Origin: Amoebophrya sp. A120 | Lineage: Eukaryota; Protista; Dinoflagellata | Length of the DNA stretch: 64,000 nucleotides | Assembly: GCA_905178155.1 (NCBI GenBank) | Contig: CAJINV010000003.1 | Span: 5,671,985-5,735,984, forward strand | Direction: 5' to 3' | Notes under the pieces: generated by a model | Databases searched by the model: none | What the model was told of the DNA's origin: nothing | The model's input: the letters and a program-made list of their open reading frames with translations, nothing else | Made by a program: the position numbers and the translations under genes | Shown here: one piece after another, positions 62,228 through 64,000 of the stretch | Layout: each line of letters begins with the position of its first letter | Position numbering within the stretch: position 1 is the stretch's first letter

Positions 62228-63135
62228 CATTTGGTCGGGGTCCAAGACATGACAACTGCAGATGCACGCACTCTACTCGCACGCGCGCACAACGGGGTAG
62301 TAGGTGTTTCGGTATTTATGGAGTCGATAAGCGGCGACTCAGAACCTCCCTGCAGCGCGAGGTCGAGCAACAGTAGACTTGGCAGTGCGCCGAAGGCTGC
62401 ACGAGGTCGGGCTTCGGACTCTAAAAGTGGCGCCTTCCGGCTGCAATCAGTATCCATGAGAAACTGTCGCGGAAAGCAGAAATTGAAATGTACCAAACCG
62501 TCTTGAGCAGCACACCAACGAGATGTTGACCGAACGAACACCAGTGCCGAATAAATGCATCAGCAACGCGGGGTCAGGGCGACAGCAATAAAAAATGGCT
62601 CAAATGTACGAAGGACGAAGCAGACCCCGCACGACAGTCCCTGGGTGGTGACGGTAAAAGATCGGCACAACCATTATGTTGAGCAGCTTTTGAAAATTTT
62701 CCACCCTTAGCGTCGCGGACTGTCGTAGAGAAAGCACCGAATGCCCCCTGTAGCGGTTGGGGAAGCCTCGTATTTGCAAATGTACATGTGTAGGAAAACG
62801 AAAACGCGCAGAGAAAAAAGAAATCGACTGAGTCATCAACAGTTCTTGCATGTAAGACTTTTCAATCCGCCCTCCGACAGGGCGCTGTGACCACTGATCA
62901 TCTCAACGCCTGTTCTTCTTTCTCGTGTACTTACCTCAATTGATGTGGGTTCCGCTTTGTTTCTTTTGATTCCAGAAAGAATCTTTATCGCCGCACATAA
63001 TCTGCTTGCGGCTTGCGGACAATACGCGTTGGCACTTTCTGGATCTAATCAAGGGCAACGAGGCCCTTTTGGTCAAGAACGAAAATTGATGATCTTTCCC
63101 TACTTTGGTTCGTGTTTATCGCGTTTGCGACCGTA

Positions 63136-64000
63136 ATGTTTCCTCCGCGAGGACAGCTCGTCGATTGCGTTTTCCGAGGACTCTTCTTGCTCTCACTCGG
63201 AACAAGTGAAGTCTTTGTCGCAGCGTCCGACGGGGAAACGGAAGCACCGCACCATGAGACCCAAGCACACGGAGACCCCAGCACGGAGGAGGCTTCATCT
63301 CCTGCTGTTCCCGCACAGTATCTGGCCTGCGACAATCAAATTATCAAGGCGGGCGAAGTCGACTTCTGGGGCGAGTTTGTCGGCCCCGTCCGGCGATTCC
63401 ACCTGGACTCCGGTGTGGCGCTCAACGAGTCCCGGCAATATCACGGCTTCACGCAGAAGATCCTGGCCCTGGAAGGGCGGACCGAGCAGGTGGCGGAGGA
63501 ATGCCTGTCGGGCACCCTCGTCCTCTTTCTCCAATCCCTCGCGGCCGCCGAGCACGACTTCGGGTTGCCGCACGCGCGCGACCTGCTCCGCCTGGCACAG
63601 GATCTGTTCGCGCAAGTCGCGGGCTCCGCTTGGTTTGGTCGGGAGCTGTTTGGGTCCGGGGCGGACCACGAAACGCCGCAAAAAGGAACACGGGACTACT
63701 GGGACACGGCCGCGATCGCCCGCAGCCTGCGGCTCTTCGAGCGGGTTCTGCTCCCGGAAAGGACGCCACAGCCTGTCCTAGTCCCCGCGCCAGCAGCGGC
63801 GCTAGAGAGACGCGGTCGGCCGCTCCGCGTCTATGTCTACGAGCTACCGACGGACCCGGGAGGTGCGACGCCGAAGGAGCTGCTGCAGCAGGGACGCTAC
63901 CTTGAGGCGGTCGGACACGGGCTCAGCAACTGCCAGTTCGGCATGTACGGCACCGAGGTCGCCTTCCACCGCTACCTCCAGCAGGCGGTCGTGCGCGTGG
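63136..64000 (+). CDS. Exostosin / GT47-family glycosyltransferase (runs off the window end)
   Basis: Open frame from ATG at 63136 (absent from the ORF track because no stop is reached) with an N-terminal hydrophobic stretch, then RPLRVYVYELP ... FGMYGTEVAFHRYL. Confidence 0.8.
   Translation, partial: MFPPRGQLVDCVFRGLFLLSLGTSEVFVAASDGETEAPHHETQAHGDPSTEEASSPAVPAQYLACDNQIIKAGEVDFWGEFVGPVRRFHLDSGVALNESRQYHGFTQKILALEGRTEQVAEECLSGTLVLFLQSLAAAEHDFGLPHARDLLRLAQDLFAQVAGSAWFGRELFGSGADHETPQKGTRDYWDTAAIARSLRLFERVLLPERTPQPVLVPAPAAALERRGRPLRVYVYELPTDPGGATPKELLQQGRYLEAVGHGLSNCQFGMYGTEVAFHRYLQQAVVRV

Noticed and set aside
1-64000. Autonomous transposase or reverse transcriptase, rRNA or tRNA genes
   Set aside because: No DDE, RT or tyrosine-recombinase motif and no RNA-gene signature recognised by eye; the mobiliser of the elements is not evident in this window.

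Overview
Eukaryotic, intron-rich genomic DNA, most consistent with an alveolate or syndinian dinoflagellate such as Amoebophrya. That assignment is inferred from gene content, long co-oriented gene runs and inverted-repeat introns. Every gene recognised from ~0.4 to ~54.6 kb lies on the minus strand: three V-ATPase V0 subunit-a paralogs, a single-domain voltage-gated cation channel, a HOOK-family adaptor, a 2OG-Fe(II) oxygenase, an SPFH/band-7 protein, a METTL21-like methyltransferase, FAM98 and several low-complexity hypothetical genes. After a ~4 kb divergent spacer (GC minisatellite, AT-rich block, ankyrin remnant) come an MFS transporter and a truncated exostosin/GT47 gene on the plus strand. 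The main signal is 19 short (154-433 bp) elements inserted inside coding exons. They almost all begin TAT and end ATA, have terminal inverted repeats from several unrelated families, and most are flanked by a 5-bp direct repeat. Removing the element plus one 5-nt flank restores the host reading frame in every case, although GT-AG boundaries are generally absent. They look like MITE-like transposons acting as non-canonical introns (introners), occur in both orientations, and are specific to individual paralogs. Exon boundaries and gene ends were read by eye and are approximate.
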